DNA of 32,000 nucleotides from Wolbachia endosymbiont of Litomosoides sigmodontis (GTDB lineage Bacteria; Pseudomonadota; Alphaproteobacteria; Rickettsiales; Anaplasmataceae): NCBI RefSeq assembly GCF_013365435.1, contig NZ_CP046577.1, positions 600,001 to 632,000 of the forward strand, read 5' to 3'. Shown piece by piece: positions 29,105 to 32,000 of this stretch (position 1 is its first letter; each line of letters starts with the position of its first letter). The notes under the pieces were generated by a model. It saw only the letters and a program-made list of their open reading frames with translations, ran no database searches and was not told where the DNA came from. The position numbers and the translations under genes were made by a program.

Positions 29105-29519
29105 GCATCTGTTCAAGAAACATATTTATATAATCAATATTGACACTCGGTGTAAATAAGCTAGAATTCTCTCCATTTCTAAGATTAACTTATACTGTAA
29201 AAAAATAAAAATTTTGTCTACCTAATCTTACCTTAACCAGTGCTCTAAAGCCCTTTTTAAATTAACCCACATCCAATTTTTGAATATATGCAACCATGAT
29301 TCATCAAAGATGAATAACTCTTGTTCAGGATAATTCTTAATATTCTCATTAAGTTTTTTATTTTTCCTGTTTATTTTTATCTTGTTCATTGTGAGTTGGT
29401 CTTGATGCAATATATGAAAACTTCATTTTCTACATATTACGGTGTACTGTAGACTTACTAATATTACGGCTTCTTTTCTATTATTGCCTATCCGTTCCTT
29501 ATACAGTAGAAACTAGTAT
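29105..29519 (-). mobile_element. Decayed IS630-family copy (middle part plus left end, with deletion)
   Basis: The ORF-track peptide 29228..29410 contains ELFIFDESW (first-Asp region of the DDE transposase). The copy ends with the left end ...ctattattgcctatccgttccttatacagtagaaactagtat at 29519, about 70 nt downstream of tRNA-Ser. Confidence 0.72.
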
Positions 29520-29589
29520 AAAACTCAAATTTTTCCAGTCCATACTTCTCTTACATAACATGTATGTAAAAGAATATGACAAAAGCCAA

Positions 29590-29676
29590 TGGAAAAGGGG
29601 GGATTCGAACCCCCGACATATTTTCATATGTGCACGCCTTCCAAACGTGTGCTTTAGACCACTCAGCCACCTTTCC
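29590..29676 (-). tRNA. tRNA-Ser (anticodon GGA), class II with a long variable arm
   Basis: Minus-strand sequence: GGAAAGGTGGCTGAGTGGTCTAAAGCACACGTTTGGAAGGCGTGCACATATGAAAATATGTCGGGGGTTCGAATCCCCCCTTTTCC+A. The acceptor stem is GGAAAGG/CTTTTCC and the anticodon stem is CACGT/GCGTG, with loop TT-GGA-AG. The variable arm is 17 nt with a CATAT/ATATG stem. The T-arm is GGGGG-TTCGAAT-CCCCC. Confidence 0.85.
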
Positions 29677-30339
29677 ACACTACTTATAATAGTGAAAATT
29701 ATGCTGCTAAACAAGTTCAGCTATAGAAATCAAATATATAAGGTTCATTGCAAAAATTTACAGTATTGTAAAATTTGTTTCTGCACTGAAAAAGTTTTAT
29801 CACAACCTTAATTTGGTATGGAAGAATAATAAAAACAGTAACTACTTTATTTCTATAACTCTTCACCGTACCTTCAAATGCTGTGGGCTGGGTAGCCAAA
29901 TTACTATTTCGCACTTATAATACCCACTGCTCTCAGTTAAACTTAGTGTTTTTAAGTCTTTTTTATCTATCACTTTAGTAACTAAACTTACTCTACTAAA
30001 TCTTCTAACATCAGCTTTACATTTGTAATCACAAAACTGCGCTTTGCACGCAAGGAAATATAATTCTATTATATTCTTCTCAAGCTTTGCTGAGAATTCT
30101 CTAATCTTATTGCAATTTCTCAATAAAACACCTTCTTCTTTAATATCATCAACATTTTACATTTCCTCAGTTTCCATGTTATAGTCTTTTAAGTCGCCTT
30201 TTACTATATAATACTAATCGTGAATCTATTTGAAGATTTATAGAGCATACTATCGATATTAAGATCTTAACCATAATCAGTGAACCACGTTACTTTTCCA
30301 TTAACAAGCGTCAATTTCTAGCACATAGCAATAGTAATA

Positions 30340-31422
30340 TTAATTACCAGTGTTAATTTAATTAAATAAGTGACATCTAAAGAATTGTTAAAGTTACGAA
30401 GAGAGAGGTAAGAAATTTTACATAAAACTCTCTCAAGCAAAGTAATCATATTATAGACTTTACTGCGTAAAATATTTTGTTTTATATACAATCAAAATCT
30501 CCCAACTGATTGAGATCAGAATGAGTATAGTGGTAGATACACAGCCTAGATATTTTAAAGCACTTTTAAATTTTTTGACTTATGTAAATTAGCACAATCC
30601 ATAACAAAAAAGGCTTCTCATGCTTTTAAATATTATGATATTTATTTAAGAAATATATTCATATAATCAGTGTTGAATATTTGCTGCAAATAAGCTAAAA
30701 CTGTCTTCATTTCTAGAATTAACTGCACTGTAGAGATAAAAATTTTATCTACTTAACTTCACTTTAACCTGTGTTCTAACGTCCTTTTAAAACTACCAGT
30801 ATCCAATTTTCAAATGTGCACCAAACTGCATTCATTAAAAATGAATAACTCTTATTTGGGGTATTGATCAATAGTTTTATTAATTTTTTAAACTCCTCTT
30901 ACCCACTTTTTATTCTGTTCATTATGAATAGGACTTAGCGTAATATACGTAAAACTTCATGTTTTGCCCATTAATGAGTATATTGTAGACTCGCTGATAT
31001 TTAAGCCAAATTTTCTTAAATTCTCATTTCTTTTATAGCAATATTAGAATTCTTTTGAATTATACTTCAACTCATTCAAGTTGACTCTGGTTTAATCTAA
31101 TTTTTTACAATATTGAAGAGGAACAAACAATTTTACTTCTCTTTCAAGTTTAGGTGCTTTATCCATGCAGTTAAGCTGTTCTTAAACATATTTTTGCTAC
31201 AGCTGTTATACAGTGTTTTTTTCTTCAATTACAGCATTTAGTTTTTTTGTAGCATATACGCTATTTTATACTTCTTTCAGCATTTCTTTTGCTGATTTCA
31301 TGACTTTTTCATCCAATAATCTCAATTTCAATATCACTTTAATTTCGTTATTTTACCATACTTCAGTATGGTCCCTTTTCTATTATTGTCTATCTGTTCT
31401 TTAATATAGTGGAAACTAGTAT
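30340..31422 (-). mobile_element. Most complete copy of the IS630-family element (about 1.08 kb, both ends, transposase frame destroyed)
   Basis: It runs from the right-end region (taattaccagtgttaatttaattaaataagtgacatc) through every block seen in the other copies to the left end ...ctattattgtctatctgttctttaatatagtggaaactagtat (31422). No ORF longer than about 63 aa survives in it. Confidence 0.8.
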
Positions 31423-31485
31423 CACTCAGCAATAAAACAACTCTACAATATCACTTATTTGACTCGCTAATACTAGAATAAATAT
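31423..31485 (+). repeat. Short inverted right-end fragment of the IS630-family element
   Basis: cactcagcaataaaacaactctacaatatcacttatttgactcgctaatactagaat parallels the right end at 14205-14261 (ctcactccgcaattaaacaattctgtaatatcgcttattaactcactaataataagaatt). Confidence 0.55.
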
Positions 31486-31541
31486 AAGTTTCTCTATTTT
31501 ACCAAATATAGCAAAAAATTTAAAATCTAACATAAAAATCC

Positions 31542-32000
31542 TTAATTACTTGTTTCGTAGTACTTCTTAACTAATTTATTGAGTAATCTTACACCGAAGC
31601 CCACTGCCCCTTTGGGCGAAATATCAGTACCTTTTTCATGCCAAGCTGTGCCTGCAATATCTAAATGTGCCCAGCAAGTATCATTTACAAAACGCTGTAA
31701 AAACTGCGCAGCCATTATGCTATCTCCACCAAAACCTGAAGGAGCTATGTTTTGCACATCAGCAATCGGTGAATCGATAATTTTATCGTAAGTTTCATTC
31801 ATAGGAAAACGCCATAACTTCTCATTTACCTCGCTCCCTGCTTCAATGAGACGATTTGCTAATTCATCGTTATTGGAAAAAAGACCAGCATATTCGTTAT
31901 TCCCAAGCGCAACTACTATAGCACCAGTTAAAGTTGCAAGATCAATCATAAATTTAGGCGCAAATCTGTCTTGTGTATACCACAAAGCGTCTGCAAGTAT
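31542..32000 (-). CDS. pepA: Leucyl aminopeptidase (M17 family), C-terminal part; 5' end beyond the window end
   Basis: [35 protein letters not shown] and [11 protein letters not shown] are M17 C-terminal catalytic-domain motifs. The frame is open to position 32000. Confidence 0.85.
   Translation of the reverse strand: MLADALWYTQDRFAPKFMIDLATLTGAIVVALGNNEYAGLFSNNDELANRLIEAGSEVNEKLWRFPMNETYDKIIDSPIADVQNIAPSGFGGDSIMAAQFLQRFVNDTCWAHLDIAGTAWHEKGTDISPKGAVGFGVRLLNKLVKKYYETSN

Noticed and set aside
29499-29811. ORFs 29499..29714(-) and 29560..29811(+) overlapping the tRNA-Ser locus.
   Set aside because: They span a well-formed tRNA gene and IS debris and have no protein-like features. They are spurious.
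29717-30170. ORFs 29717..29914(-) and 29863..30123(-). I considered them as a relic of holC (DNA polymerase III chi), which often follows pepA.
   Set aside because: The peptide (REFSAKLEKNIIELYFLACKAQFCDYKCKADVRRFS...) shows no chi-subunit motif that I can recognise. The frame has no convincing start and overlaps a second frame. I left it unassigned as a possible gene relic only.
11004-31404. Short ORFs inside the repeat element: 11004..11201, 11145..11357, 13374..13565, 16133..16318, 16616..16801, 24340..24528, 29228..29410 and 31213..31404.
   Set aside because: They are chance-open pieces of decayed IS630-type transposase frames or their antisense. The same sequence is closed by stops in other copies. 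I report them as mobile-element remnants, not genes.
5303-31485. Whether the dispersed repeats could be a CRISPR array or another short-repeat system.
   Set aside because: The repeat units are hundreds of bp long, irregularly spaced, in both orientations, and collinear with a transposase. There is no array of short identical direct repeats with unique spacers, and no cas-like gene.
752-31791. ORF-track entries that lie inside well-supported genes, antisense or in another frame: 752..979, 3195..3530, 4731..4922, 6308..6661, 6879..7166, 7367..7576, 9231..9470, 12833..13048, 14346..14582, 20080..20343, 21429..21626, 22250..22444, 24868..25146, 27470..27676, 28054..28293, 28328..28516, 28650..28835 and 31579..31791.
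   Set aside because: Each overlaps a gene with clear family motifs. Their peptides are low-complexity and rich in I, L, F and S, as expected from mirror frames of AT-rich coding DNA. None shows a recognisable motif or its own ribosome-binding site.

Overview
This is a strongly AT-rich, gene-sparse chromosomal segment. By my own annotation, about 56% of it is intact coding sequence. The gene set looks like an obligate intracellular Rickettsiales or Anaplasmataceae bacterium, probably Wolbachia-like. That placement is inferred from gene content and protein style (purE, glmU, class I aldolase, Mrp antiporter subunits, a long PNPase), not from any search.

Recognisable housekeeping genes:
- Plus strand: purE, mutL, rplY-pth, rnc.
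- Minus strand: mrpB (partial), mrpG, mrpF, rpoZ, glmU, pheS, mtaB, fbaB, clpA, pnp, rpsO, pepA (partial).
- RNA genes: tRNA-Cys(GCA) and tRNA-Ser(GGA).
- No rRNA and no CRISPR array.

Nearly every long intergenic spacer is filled with decayed copies of one IS630/Tc1-mariner-type insertion sequence. The full length is about 1.08 kb, and these copies total about 7.3 kb, or 23% of the window. No copy has an intact transposase. Many copies sit as inverted pairs that form long palindromes, and one 374-bp end-to-end deletion derivative looks like a MITE.

Items that stand out:
1. An orphan 216-aa protein (28103-28753) has an Inc-like double transmembrane hairpin and a repeat-bearing coiled coil. 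It sits behind the best promoter and Shine-Dalgarno signals in the window.
2. An 854-bp IS-derived palindrome fills the gap between convergent rnc and a secretin gene, and it supplies the last codons and the stop of rnc.
3. A secretin gene has no secretion or pilus partner genes nearby.
4. truB is decayed inside the conserved truB-rpsO-pnp cluster.
5. An XRE/HigA-like regulator has no toxin partner and lies next to an 800-bp non-coding tract containing a GC-rich structured patch.

I found no multi-gene defence or secretion system that I can support from the sequence.
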